Assembly: GCA_963729715.1 (NCBI GenBank)
Contig: CAVSPA010000003.1
Coordinates: 160,001 to 224,000 of the forward strand
Source of the DNA: an uncultured delta proteobacterium
GTDB lineage: Bacteria > Desulfobacterota > Syntrophia > Syntrophales > UBA2185
DNA: 64,000 nucleotides
Reading direction: 5' to 3'
A model generated the notes under the pieces. It did not search any database. It was not told the origin of the DNA and saw nothing but the letters and a program-made list of their open reading frames with translations. Below, piece by piece: positions 8,442 through 17,654 of this stretch. Both the position numbers and the translations under genes were made by a program. Position 1 is the stretch's first letter; each line of letters begins with the position of its first letter.

Positions 8442-11309
8442 TCAAGTAACCTCTTTTCTGAGGGTGAAATAAAAACATGCGCCCTCATCAACCTTACCGT
8501 CAGCCCATACACGACCGCCATGCCTGTGTATGATGCGTTGAACGGTAGCCAGACCCACACCGGTCCCTTCGAAAGCATCGGCGCTGTGCAGGCGCTGGAA
8601 AACGCCGAACAACTTATCATAATATTCCATGTTGAAGCCGACGCCGTTGTCCCTGACAAAATACACGATCTCATTTTCGTCTGCGTAGCCCCCGGCTTCA
8701 ATGTGGGCATCGTCCCGGTACTTAGTGAATTTGATGGCATTGGAAAGCAGGTTGATACACACCTGTTTGATGAGAGCCCTGTCTCCATAGCTCAAGGGAA
8801 TATTCTTAACTGTAAGCATCAAATTCCTATCCGGGTTGATTACCTCCAGTTCTTTCCATGCGTCTCTCATCAGGGCGTCCATGTCCAGCTCACTTACAGA
8901 CATATGCTGCTTTCCGAGGCGAGAGAAGGTCAAGAGGTCGTCGATAAGCTGGCCCATCATCTGCGTGCTGTTTCTTATTACATTAAATTTGTTCAGCGTC
9001 TCTTCGTCGAATTTATCCCCCTGTTTCTTGAGGATCAGACGCGTATATCCGTCTATGGCGCGGAGCGGTGCGCGCAGGTCATGTGAAACGGAGTAACTGA
9101 AACTCTCCAGTTCCCTGTTTAGTACTTCAAGCTGCGCGGTGCGCTTCTTTAATTCCTCTTCGGCATGCTTGCGCTCGCTGATGTCTTGAAAGACAGTTGC
9201 AAACTGCCCTTTGGCCGGGGAAAAGGCAGAGATGGAAAAATGCTTTCTCATCGGCGGAAAGTAAGCTTCAAAGATTTCAGGTCTTCCCGAAAAGGCCACT
9301 CTTGCATAGACCTCCAGGAAAGGCGGTTCAGTTGTGCCATATACTTCCGTGGCTCTCTTGTCCGCAATCATTTCCTTTCTTAGCCCCATAATAGACTCAT
9401 ACGAAGGGTTAACGTCTGAGATGATGTAATCGACAGCTTCGCCGGATGCGGCATAGATAATTTTGTGGAGGGCCACTCCTTCGACCATCGTAGAGTATAA
9501 GCCGGCAAATTTATCCTCACTCTCCCGCAGCGCCTCCTCAGCCCGGCCCCGGAGCTGCTCATGGTCAAGGGCATCAAGGGCATATGAAATATCTGCGCTC
9601 AGCGACTCGAGCAAGCCGACCTGCTCTGCATCAAAGACACCGGGCTCGAGGGCGTAAATTGTGAGTGAGGCTGCGGCTCTCCCGCGGCGGCGCAAGGGGA
9701 ATGCAGCGGAGGCGCGGAACCCGTAACTCCGGGCCTTTTCGCGCCATGGCGAAGTGGCAGGATTGGTCGCAAAGTCGTCGTTAATCACCGCGCGGTTCTC
9801 CCGGATGCTGGTGCCCGTCGGACCCTGGCCCAACTCGCCGTTGATTTCCACTTTGATCTCTTTCACATAGTCGCCGGCCGGTCCGTACCAGGCTGCAGGA
9901 ACAACCTGCTCTCCATTCACCTTCCCGATCCAGACCAGTGGGAAAGTACACTCTTCAGACACAATCCGGCAAACCTCATAGTACAATGACTCTATGTCCC
10001 GGGTCCGGACGATAGTCTCGTTGACACGGCTGAGCGCGGCATAGAGGCAGGTCAACTTGGCGATCCGCTCCTCCGTCTGTCTGCGCTCGGTGACGTCTAT
10101 GCCCATCCCGATGAGATACTGTTTGTCCCCTATGACAGCGCGCGTTCCTGTCAAATAGAAAGGGATCTTATGCCCGCTTTTCGCCATTAAATGTACTTCC
10201 GCAGTCGCTGTGCCTTTGGCAAATCCCTCCTTGAACTCGTGGACAATCAGATCTCTGTCCGCTTCGGCAACGATGGTCATGATGCCAATGGAAGAGAACT
10301 CCGCTCCCGAATAACCGGATATTCTTTCCGCATTTCTGTTCCAATTAATAAGGCGGCCTTTTTCGTCAATCATAAAGAAAATACCCGGCAGGCTGTCTAT
10401 GATTGCGTCGGAAAATAATTTCTCCTGTGCTAAAGCCTCCTCCACCCGCCTGCGCCCGGTAATGTCACGAATGATGATCTGGACGGCGCGTCTTCCCTGG
10501 TAGTATACCGTACCCCCGACGGTCTCGACCGGAACCACCTGTCCGTCGAGACGCAATAGTCTGGCTTCCCTGAGCGGCAACCTTTCTCCGTCCTGTCCCT
10601 GCTTCATGCGCAACGCTGTAGAGGCGCGGTCATCCGGGTGCACCAGATCAAGGACGGTTTTACACTGGAGCTGTTCGATGGAATCCGCGCCATATATCCT
10701 TAGCGCAGCGGGGTTGGCGAAGAGGAACATGCCTTCGCGGTGCACGATTACGGCGTCTGGCGATGACTGGACGAGTTCGCGGTAGCGCTGCTCGCTCTCC
10801 CGCAGGGCCTCTTCCATCTTCTTCCGCCCCGCTATTTCGGCTTGCAGTTCGGCAGTCCTTTTCTCAACCTTCTTTTCCAGGGTTCGATGGGCTTTACGCA
10901 GTTTTTCTTCCGCATCCTTGCGCGCCTTGTGTTCTTCCGCTTCCGCGAGGGCTCTGTGGACGGCAGGCACAAGACGGTGAAGACGGCTCTTCATGACATA
11001 ATCCTTTGCTCCATGCGTCAGGATTTCAATTGCCCGGTCTTCACCGATGGCGCCTGTCACAAGGATAAAAGGGACATCGGGGCATTTCGTTTTCGCCTCG
11101 GCAAGGGCCAGGAAGCCGGTGTACTGGGGAAGGTCGTAATCGGAAAGAATGAGATCGGGACAATATTCGTTAAGTTCATGTATGAAGGCATCCTCCGTCA
11201 TGACCCTTTTTGAGATAAAGGTGAGGCCTGCCTCTTTGAGCTCAAATTCCATCAGCTCTGCGTCGGTCGGCCTGTCTTCGAGGATCAGTATGCGGAGGGG
11301 TTTGTCCAT
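8442..11309 (-). CDS. Hybrid sensor histidine kinase (REC-PAS-PAS-GAF-PAS-HisKA-HATPase)
   Basis: N-terminal receiver LILED...LILSD; H-box SVSHDLRAPL; NLLSNAIKF, DNGVG, GTGVGLA. Start placed at ATG 11309 after AAGGA. Confidence 0.92.
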   Translation of the reverse strand: MDKPLRILILEDRPTDAELMEFELKEAGLTFISKRVMTEDAFIHELNEYCPDLILSDYDLPQYTGFLALAEAKTKCPDVPFILVTGAIGEDRAIEILTHGAKDYVMKSRLHRLVPAVHRALAEAEEHKARKDAEEKLRKAHRTLEKKVEKRTAELQAEIAGRKKMEEALRESEQRYRELVQSSPDAVIVHREGMFLFANPAALRIYGADSIEQLQCKTVLDLVHPDDRASTALRMKQGQDGERLPLREARLLRLDGQVVPVETVGGTVYYQGRRAVQIIIRDITGRRRVEEALAQEKLFSDAIIDSLPGIFFMIDEKGRLINWNRNAERISGYSGAEFSSIGIMTIVAEADRDLIVHEFKEGFAKGTATAEVHLMAKSGHKIPFYLTGTRAVIGDKQYLIGMGIDVTERRQTEERIAKLTCLYAALSRVNETIVRTRDIESLYYEVCRIVSEECTFPLVWIGKVNGEQVVPAAWYGPAGDYVKEIKVEINGELGQGPTGTSIRENRAVINDDFATNPATSPWREKARSYGFRASAAFPLRRRGRAAASLTIYALEPGVFDAEQVGLLESLSADISYALDALDHEQLRGRAEEALRESEDKFAGLYSTMVEGVALHKIIYAASGEAVDYIISDVNPSYESIMGLRKEMIADKRATEVYGTTEPPFLEVYARVAFSGRPEIFEAYFPPMRKHFSISAFSPAKGQFATVFQDISERKHAEEELKKRTAQLEVLNRELESFSYSVSHDLRAPLRAIDGYTRLILKKQGDKFDEETLNKFNVIRNSTQMMGQLIDDLLTFSRLGKQHMSVSELDMDALMRDAWKELEVINPDRNLMLTVKNIPLSYGDRALIKQVCINLLSNAIKFTKYRDDAHIEAGGYADENEIVYFVRDNGVGFNMEYYDKLFGVFQRLHSADAFEGTGVGLATVQRIIHRHGGRVWADGKVDEGACFYFTLRKEVT

Positions 11310-11755
11310 GCTCTCATTCCTTGCAGGTTCTAAGCATTGCAATCGAATCCTTGCCCCTCCGGAATCCTGAAGACGCTGTCAGGTTACTCGGAGGTTGTCG
11401 TTACATTATTGCCTTGTCTTATAATCCTTTGACCCTTTTTCATACAATTTAGGATGATGAAATTATATAGGGCATTCTCTCATTTTTGGCACAAAAAAAC
11501 CTTAGGTCACTCTGAGAGAATCCAGCGTAAGGAAAATATAAAAGATAATCGATAGTTGTTAACCGCAATCCCCAAACCTGTAGATAAACTTGTTTATAAC
11601 CATGTTGATAATTTTTGCTGTTGCTTGTCTGGTCTACATTCCTACCGGATTGCACAAAATATGGGCAACGATAACTGAAATAATATAGATAGCTTATAAT
11701 ATAACCACCGATTCTTGCATCTCTTAAATGGTTCCGCACAAATTATGCCATGGAC

Positions 11756-11889
11756 GGCCGCATGAGAAAGAATTTTTTAACGGGACAAATAAAAAAGAGC
11801 CGCCTTCCATCATAGCGAACATGCTTATTTATTTCCGATGGAGATACTGGGTGGGTGTGATGAGTACGGAAGGTGTTATTGCAGGAAGA
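11756..11889. repeat. Non-coding ~135-nt element, copy 1 (candidate structured RNA)
   Basis: About 80% identical by hand alignment to 12347-12483, with non-triplet indels. Confidence 0.8.
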
Positions 11890-11962
11890 CAGGTTGCCGA
11901 TGCCACCTTGTGTTCTTATTGATTAATGACATTGATCTGCTCTGCAGGTATCGTCGTTGCCC

Positions 11963-12046
11963 GTCAAGATGGTTAATGCCGACGCCGAGGGTAATGTAAA
12001 TATCCCTGGTCAGGCGCGGTTCCCCGTAAAGAAGAACGGCCTGTCC
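11963..12046 (-). pseudogene. Fragment of a nucleotidyltransferase (AbiEii/DUF6036-like toxin)
   Basis: GQAVLLYGEPRLTRDIYITLG resembles the GG-A---G-PR-T-DxD motif; second Asp replaced by Tyr; no intact flanks. Confidence 0.65.
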
Positions 12047-12072
12047 GCGCCCTCCTCGTATTTTCAAAAATA

Positions 12073-12171
12073 CTATTTATTCTTCTTGTCCCGTTTTTCC
12101 TGTCTTCTTTCCTTTGCTGATTTAGTTGGCTTCTTTTTAGTATTTTTCTGAGCGTCCCTTGATTTTGCCAT
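12073..12171 (-). CDS. Small Lys/Arg-rich protein, 32 aa (MAKSRDAQKNTKKKPTKSAKERRQEKRDKKNK)
   Basis: GGAGG RBS 6 nt before ATG 12171; TAG at 12073-12075; below the ORF-track size cutoff. Confidence 0.75.
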   Translation of the reverse strand: MAKSRDAQKNTKKKPTKSAKERRQEKRDKKNK

Positions 12172-12346
12172 TACAATCCTCCATCATTAATTGTCCGATG
12201 AGACTTAATATCTTCTTAAGAAACAAATATCACAGTGCTTGTGCCGGGTCAATCAGAGAGAGATCCGTTAGAATGCATAAGGATAGATTTGGATAGGAAG
12301 CCCCCAGTAGCATTAAAATTTGAAGAATAAGCGCTCGGAGCGGCAT

Positions 12347-12483
12347 GGCCGCAGCGAGAAGAATTTCTCGACCGGACAAACATAAAGAAGAGCCGCCTTC
12401 TGTTATAGCGATCATAATTATTTATTTCCGCTGAGAGATACTGCATGGGTGTGCTAAGTACAGAAGTCATGATTGCAGTAAGA
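12347..12483. repeat. Non-coding ~135-nt element, copy 2 (candidate structured RNA)
   Basis: Diverged direct repeat of 11756-11889; helix CTTCTGT/ACAGAAG; apical stem TATTTC/GAGATA. Confidence 0.8.
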
Positions 12484-12702
12484 GGCCGATCAGTGGTGAC
12501 ACCTAAAACTGCTCAGTAATGGATCCTCATCAGGACCGAGGATTACAGATCGTAATGTTTATTACTGCATTTCTATTTTCACGAATATTAGTTTGAGAAA
12601 GATTGTCTTGATTTTGACGACGAATTCGGTCTCATACTGAGAGAGTAGTGCATCAAAAACAGGAAGTCAGGCTGGAGATGGATTTCCAATATTACCAGGC
12701 TA

Positions 12703-12753
12703 TTGAATTTGATAGCGAGCGCATTCCCCGTAGCTTGCTGCGGAGAGCTTCAA
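12703..12753 (+). repeat. REP/MITE-like palindromic element, short form (copy A)
   Basis: TTGAATTTGATAGCGAGCGCATTCCCCGTAGCTTGCTGCGGAGAGCTTCAA; homologous to 25084, 27237 and 28448. Confidence 0.88.
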
Positions 12754-12833
12754 TTGCCTCTTGTATTTTTAAAGAAAACTGTCTAAGAAGGCTATGCGTA
12801 TGTACAATGCATCTTAAACGAAGGAGGATCACC

Positions 12834-13409
12834 ATGAAGGTAGTAGCGTTGAACGGAAGTGCCCGTAAAGACGGCAATACGGCAATTCTAATCAACTTGG
12901 TTTTCGATGAGTTGAAAAAAGAAGGAATTGAGACGGAATTAATACAGCTGGCGGGAAATCCCATTGCTGGATGCGTCGCCTGCTATAAGTGTTTCAAGAA
13001 TAAGAACCGCCGGTGCTCTGTTGACAAGGATATGCTCAATGACATTATCGAGAAGATGCTCAAGGCAGAAGGAATAATACTTGGATCGCCGACATACTTT
13101 TCCGACGTTTCGTCCGGTATGAGGGCGTTTATAGAAAGGTGCGGCTTCGTTGCGCGTGCGAATGACTACATGTTCAAGTACAAGGTCGGGGCAGGCGTCG
13201 TTGCCGTCCGCAGGGCAGGCGCAATCCCGGCATTCAACTCCATGATGCTGTTTCTGCATTATATGCAGATGATGATTCCCGGCTCGAGCTATTGGAATAT
13301 AGCCATAGGAAGGGATCCGGGCGAAGTCTTGAAGGATGAAGAAGGCGTTCAGACCATGAAGACCCTTGGGCAGAACATGGCATGGCTCCTCAAAAAAGTC
13401 CGGGCATGA
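12834..13409 (+). CDS. Flavodoxin-family iron-sulfur flavoprotein / NADPH-dependent FMN reductase
   Basis: AGGAGG RBS; NGSARKDGNT; CVACYKC-x7-C; GSPTYF. Confidence 0.92.
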   Translation: MKVVALNGSARKDGNTAILINLVFDELKKEGIETELIQLAGNPIAGCVACYKCFKNKNRRCSVDKDMLNDIIEKMLKAEGIILGSPTYFSDVSSGMRAFIERCGFVARANDYMFKYKVGAGVVAVRRAGAIPAFNSMMLFLHYMQMMIPGSSYWNIAIGRDPGEVLKDEEGVQTMKTLGQNMAWLLKKVRA

Positions 13410-13425
13410 AATGCCACTGTGCCAT

Positions 13426-14091
13426 TTAGGCGACCCACTGCACGTATTCGCTTATATCCACCCTTTTTCTTTCGAAGTTGTTGAGAGGAAAATCTTCATC
13501 TGGATATCCCATGACTACCCCTATGACGATTTTCCGATCTGCCGGGATGGATAGAATGTTGCGCAAGAGACCTGGGTTGCGGATAGACATGGCCATGATG
13601 CAGGTTCCGATACCCTTGTCATGGGCAAGAAGGCAGATGGTCTGTAATATGAGGCCTATGTCGAGCATGGCGTATTCGACAAGAATGTCTCCGGGAATGC
13701 AGGCTACAATCAGGCATGGCGCGCCGAAGAGCAGTGTCATGTCTTCATATAACTTATGACGGGCATCCTTGTCATCACGTTTGACATTCAGGGCGGCGAG
13801 CATGATCTTTCCCAATTCCCCGTACCTTGCTTTCAGGTGCTCGGGCCAGACCTCGTGCATGGGGACATCGAGGGGAAATGTTTGGCCATCGACGAACGAC
13901 CGGTGATTCGCATCTCTGAATTCATCAAGCCTTTTTCCGGTCAGCACATAAAATTCCCATAGCTGGGTGTTTCCCCAGGACGGCGCCCAGCGTGCCGTCT
14001 CCAGGATATCGCGAATTGTCTCTCGGGAAATCTCTTTTGCCGTGAATTTTCTTATGCTCCGCCTTCCTTCGATTGCAGCCCTTAATTCCAT
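13426..14091 (-). CDS. Nitroreductase family protein
   Basis: RRSIRKF; APSWGNTQLW; GIGTC; GYPD. Confidence 0.92.
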   Translation of the reverse strand: MELRAAIEGRRSIRKFTAKEISRETIRDILETARWAPSWGNTQLWEFYVLTGKRLDEFRDANHRSFVDGQTFPLDVPMHEVWPEHLKARYGELGKIMLAALNVKRDDKDARHKLYEDMTLLFGAPCLIVACIPGDILVEYAMLDIGLILQTICLLAHDKGIGTCIMAMSIRNPGLLRNILSIPADRKIVIGVVMGYPDEDFPLNNFERKRVDISEYVQWVA

Positions 14092-14169
14092 TTTATAGCC
14101 TTTCTGAGATCATTTGATTAATGCCACTTTCCATCCGGCAGCCCGTCATTCTCAATTAGAATATAGCAT

Positions 14170-14256
14170 GGGTCCCCGGGAAAGGAGGTAAAACCGGGGA
14201 CCCTTAACCCGAGAGAATGAAGGGGAGAGGATGACAAACTCACGCTTCGGGTTTTT
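14170..14256. ncRNA. Candidate small RNA with two hairpins and purine-rich (+) / CU-rich (-) loops
   Basis: GGGTCCCCGG-GAAAGGAGGTAAAA-CCGGGGACCC followed by AACCCGA...TCGGGTT and a T-run. Confidence 0.4.
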
Positions 14257-14374
14257 AAAAATAATCTACTTGCCGCCCGATGTGTTCTCGGTAATGTCTC
14301 TTGCGCCTCAGGCAGGGCGATCTCTCAATCAATATCCGCTCACTATCAAAAATTGCGATCATCATGATGCCGCA

Positions 14375-15157
14375 TTATCTGCCTCTATCATTTGCTTCGG
14401 GTCCGAACGTCAGTTGGTAAGCTATGTAAAAGGAGTAGTAGTTAGGGCCGTAAACGTCCTGGCCTGCGGAAAGCAGCAGGTGGTGATTGTCAGTAAAGTT
14501 TATGATCGCGCCCACAGTGTAGCCTTTGCTTTCATCGATGTCGGCCTTACTCGACGTCATGTAGTAGAGTTCAGCACCCAAAGTCAGTTTCTTATTGATG
14601 TCCCGCTGCAAGAGCCAGCCGAGCTGCCAGTAGTCTCTGTTATCCGAGCCGGATGTAAACCAGTAGCCGCCGCCTCCATAGGTAGTCCACGGTCCCCAGC
14701 TCTTCTGCAGCCACAGTGGCAGGAAAAATTGTGTCTTCCCATTTCCCAGCCCTCTTGCAACATCGCCGGTCGGTATCTCGATGAGAGGGAATGTCCCCAC
14801 CTGAGGAACGTACTTCGATTCCTGCACGAAACGGTACTTCACGCCGAACTCCGTATCCCCGTAGCCGTACTGCGAACCCTGTTCTTCCGGCTTCACATAT
14901 TGGAGGGGGGCGATTAAATGGACCTGGAGATTCGGCACGAGCCCATAGTTCACTTCAACATGGGGCAATGTGGCGGAGACTTGGTCCCGGTCTTTGGTGT
15001 ATTGTGAAGCGAGATATAATTCCCAATGCTTGTACTCCACCGGTTCCGGATCATCCGTCTTAAACGGGGGACCGGCCAGGGGCGCCTTTGGCGCTAGCAT
15101 AATCACAAGAGAAAGCACAGCGATAATGAATATTTTTATTCCTTCCATTCTCATCAT
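14375..15157 (-). CDS. Putative outer-membrane beta-barrel / 'transporter' (MetA-pathway-like)
   Basis: Signal peptide; GPPFKTDDPEP; GYGDTEFGVKYRF; PTGD; aromatic-rich beta strands. Confidence 0.7.
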   Translation of the reverse strand: MMRMEGIKIFIIAVLSLVIMLAPKAPLAGPPFKTDDPEPVEYKHWELYLASQYTKDRDQVSATLPHVEVNYGLVPNLQVHLIAPLQYVKPEEQGSQYGYGDTEFGVKYRFVQESKYVPQVGTFPLIEIPTGDVARGLGNGKTQFFLPLWLQKSWGPWTTYGGGGYWFTSGSDNRDYWQLGWLLQRDINKKLTLGAELYYMTSSKADIDESKGYTVGAIINFTDNHHLLLSAGQDVYGPNYYSFYIAYQLTFGPEANDRGR

Positions 15158-15430
15158 ATAATAATATTTGCAGCCATTTTAACGGAAAAGGTACAAGATA
15201 CAATGGTAGTTAAAGGATTGTAAAATAATAGGTCAATGCTCTTATCCACATTTCGGCTGTTTTACTTTTATCTTGTTTTTATGTAAGATAAAGCTATACG
15301 ATGTCTTGCGCGGGTTGCATGCAATTGCACGGAGCCGCAAGACAGAAAATCTTCATTTCCATAAGAGGGACCGGAACGACAACTGCTTCTACGTAAAGGT
15401 AGATTGCACCATTCGAAAAGGGGGAAAGTT

Positions 15431-16003
15431 ATGGATATCTTCACCGCCATGAAGGATAGGCGAAGCTGCAGGAATTTTATGCCTGATCCGGTGAGTAATG
15501 AGGTGCTTGATAAGATACTGGAGGCGGGCGCGTGGGCGCCGTCAGCGGCGAATAATCAGCCCTGGGAATTTATCGTTGTTACAAATAATGAGATCAAGAA
15601 GAACATATTCACTGAATCTGAAAAATGCAGAAAAATCCTGTTCGAAAAAAGCGGGTGGAAGTGGGTTGACCGCTATAAGATCGGGTTTATTAATGAGGCG
15701 CCGGTCATTATAGCTGTGATCGGAGATCCCAAGAAAACGGGAGCGGATATGTTCCTGGAGGGAGGAGGGCTCGCCTACCAGCACGGGTGTGCAGCTGCAA
15801 TACAGAACATGCTTCTTGCGGCCCATGCCTTAGGGCTGGGGACCCTCTGGTTCACCCTCTTTGAGAAGGAAACTATAAGGACGATCCTGAAAATCGATCG
15901 GGCGAAGGAACCCCTTGCGCTCATTTGCCTGGGCAAGTCTGCAGTTCTTTCTTCCCCTACTCCCCGCAAGGGCGTAAAGGAGATAACGGCTTACGTGCGC
16001 TGA
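15431..16003 (+). CDS. Nitroreductase family protein
   Basis: RRSCRNF; APSAANNQPWEF; QNMLLAAHALGLGTLW. Confidence 0.93.
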   Translation: MDIFTAMKDRRSCRNFMPDPVSNEVLDKILEAGAWAPSAANNQPWEFIVVTNNEIKKNIFTESEKCRKILFEKSGWKWVDRYKIGFINEAPVIIAVIGDPKKTGADMFLEGGGLAYQHGCAAAIQNMLLAAHALGLGTLWFTLFEKETIRTILKIDRAKEPLALICLGKSAVLSSPTPRKGVKEITAYVR

Positions 16004-16031
16004 TTCATAGTCACTCGGGTAGAAATATATT

Positions 16032-16241
16032 ATGGAAGACGAAGTTCTCTGCAGCATCTGCGTGAAAGCAAAGGTTTTTGCACAGTGTCTGGGTTGCTCT
16101 GTGTCTATGTGTGAAAAGTGCGCCTGCTTCGAATTGATAGGCTCCGGTTGCGGCTGCGTCTGGCCCGCTTATTACTGCTTTGCGTGTGCCCACGATCCTT
16201 TGATAAATCCAAATGCCGCATTTAGAGAGCCGGATAGATAG
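16032..16241 (+). CDS. Small cysteine-rich (zinc-finger-like) protein
   Basis: 69 aa with 11 Cys, including four CxxC; co-oriented within a gene run. Confidence 0.7.
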   Translation: MEDEVLCSICVKAKVFAQCLGCSVSMCEKCACFELIGSGCGCVWPAYYCFACAHDPLINPNAAFREPDR

Positions 16242-16311
16242 ATAGCTTCAAACCTTCTTGAACAATCGGAGTGCAGGGCAGGCGTCTCATCCTTCTGATA
16301 TAGGAGTCAGT

Positions 16312-16644
16312 ATGGAATTTATCGTAAAGATATTAATAAGCGTCGCCACCATCGTTGTCTGTACACAGATCGGCAGAAGCTTTCCCTCGCTGAGCGGCTT
16401 GATTGCGACAATGCCTATTGTCAGCGTCATCATTCTGGTCTGGATCTATTCAGATAATCCGGGAAATTTTGAACTGATGGAAGATTTTACGAAGGCCGCT
16501 ATTTGGGGAATTATACCTAGTCTCCTTTTTTTTGTGGTTGCCTATATCTCGTTTATGAAGCACTATCCCATCGGTATTGTGCTGTGCGTAAGCTTCGGCA
16601 CGTGGGTGGTGGGGGCTTTCGTCCACCAATGGCTCCTAAGATGA
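16312..16644 (+). CDS. Small membrane protein, DUF3147/GlpM-like
   Basis: AGGAG RBS; four hydrophobic helices; GLIATMP motif. Confidence 0.75.
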   Translation: MEFIVKILISVATIVVCTQIGRSFPSLSGLIATMPIVSVIILVWIYSDNPGNFELMEDFTKAAIWGIIPSLLFFVVAYISFMKHYPIGIVLCVSFGTWVVGAFVHQWLLR

Positions 16645-16654
16645 GGTTGAGACA

Positions 16655-17356
16655 ATGGTACTCTCTCACAAATATAAAAGCATCGTTTTTTTTACCGGTG
16701 CGGGGATGTCCGCCGAAAGCGGCGTCCCCACTTATCGCGGCAGAGGCGGTATCTGGAGCCAGTACAACTGGGAGGAATACGCCTGTCAGGAGGCATTTGA
16801 CAGGGACCCGCGGAAGGTGCTCAAGTTTCATGAATTGAGGAGACGATCCGTATTGGCATGCCAACCGCACTCGGGACATTATGTTATAGCAGAACTGGAA
16901 AAGACTAATCCCCAAGTGAGGGTAGTAACCCAGAATATCGACGGAATGCACCAGCGGGCGGGAAGCCGGAACGTCACGGAATTGCACGGCAGTCTCTGGC
17001 GCGTGCGCTGCCCCTCTCACGGAATATTCGCGGATATCGGAGAAACATTCAAGAGCTGCAAGTGCAAACAATGCGGCAGTTGGCTCCGCCCCGATATAGT
17101 GTGGTTTGGGGACATGCTGAATCAGGATGTCATCAGCGAAGCTAATTTGATTGTCAGGCGAAGTGATCTTTTTATCAGCGTCGGCACGTCCGGTGTGGTT
17201 TGGCCGGCAGCTGGTTTTCCAAAAATGGCGCAGGAGAGCGGAGCTTACTGCATAGAAATCAACCCGGAACCAAATGAAATGTCATATTTGTATGATGAAG
17301 CCGTCCGGGAGAATGCCGGAAGAGCCTTACCGGCTCTTTTTGAAAAGGATAAATGA
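16655..17356 (+). CDS. cobB: NAD-dependent protein deacylase (Sir2/CobB)
   Basis: TGAGMSAESGVPTYRG; TQNIDGMHQRAG; ELHGS; RPDIVWFG; GTSGVVWPAA. Confidence 0.93.
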   Translation: MVLSHKYKSIVFFTGAGMSAESGVPTYRGRGGIWSQYNWEEYACQEAFDRDPRKVLKFHELRRRSVLACQPHSGHYVIAELEKTNPQVRVVTQNIDGMHQRAGSRNVTELHGSLWRVRCPSHGIFADIGETFKSCKCKQCGSWLRPDIVWFGDMLNQDVISEANLIVRRSDLFISVGTSGVVWPAAGFPKMAQESGAYCIEINPEPNEMSYLYDEAVRENAGRALPALFEKDK

Positions 17357-17528
17357 TGACTTACACAAGCCGTTAACGATTGTTCCTTCCACACGGAGAT
17401 ACCGTACACAACTGCCCGAAATGAGCGCTCGGATTCTCCGCTCACTTTGCACAATTCATTCAATGCCGTTTAATATTTCTTTAAATAACCCTCCTGTTTC
17501 AAGTCTCTGATAGCCGACAGTGAATTCA

Positions 17529-17609
17529 TCTCAATTGAGAATAGTCCGGCATAATCAATATGTTATAATTTTTTATACAGAGACTCGCGAAGTTGGCATG
17601 GATATTTCA
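17529..17609 (+). promoter_or_regulatory. Putative sigma-54 promoter with IHF site and palindromic activator site
   Basis: Palindrome TCTCAATTGAGA 17529-40; IHF consensus AATCAA-TATG-TTA 17553-65; TGGCATG-GATA-TTTCA 17594-609 (-12 is TC, not the canonical GC). Confidence 0.5.
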
Positions 17610-17654
17610 TTTGTATAAGGCAAAACAAATCAGAAACAAAGGAGTAAACAGATC

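Noticed and set aside
11449..11739. 96-aa ORF in the AT-rich region
   Set aside because: No RBS, atypical composition and no recognisable motif.
11756..12483. Duplicated element as integron attC sites or CRISPR repeats
   Set aside because: No RYYYAAC/GTTRRRY ends conserved in both copies, only two long diverged units, and no integrase or cas genes.
12648..12833. N-terminal extension of the flavoprotein ORF
   Set aside because: It runs through REP copy A; a strong AGGAGG RBS supports ATG 12834.
14148..14162. ATTCTCAATTAGAAT resembling the 17529 palindrome
   Set aside because: Short, AT-rich and needs an indel to align; could be chance.
17356..17500. Possible decayed gene start on - (AGGAGGG then TTA AAG AAA TAT TAA ...NELCKVS)
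   Set aside because: Too short and degenerate to assign without a search.
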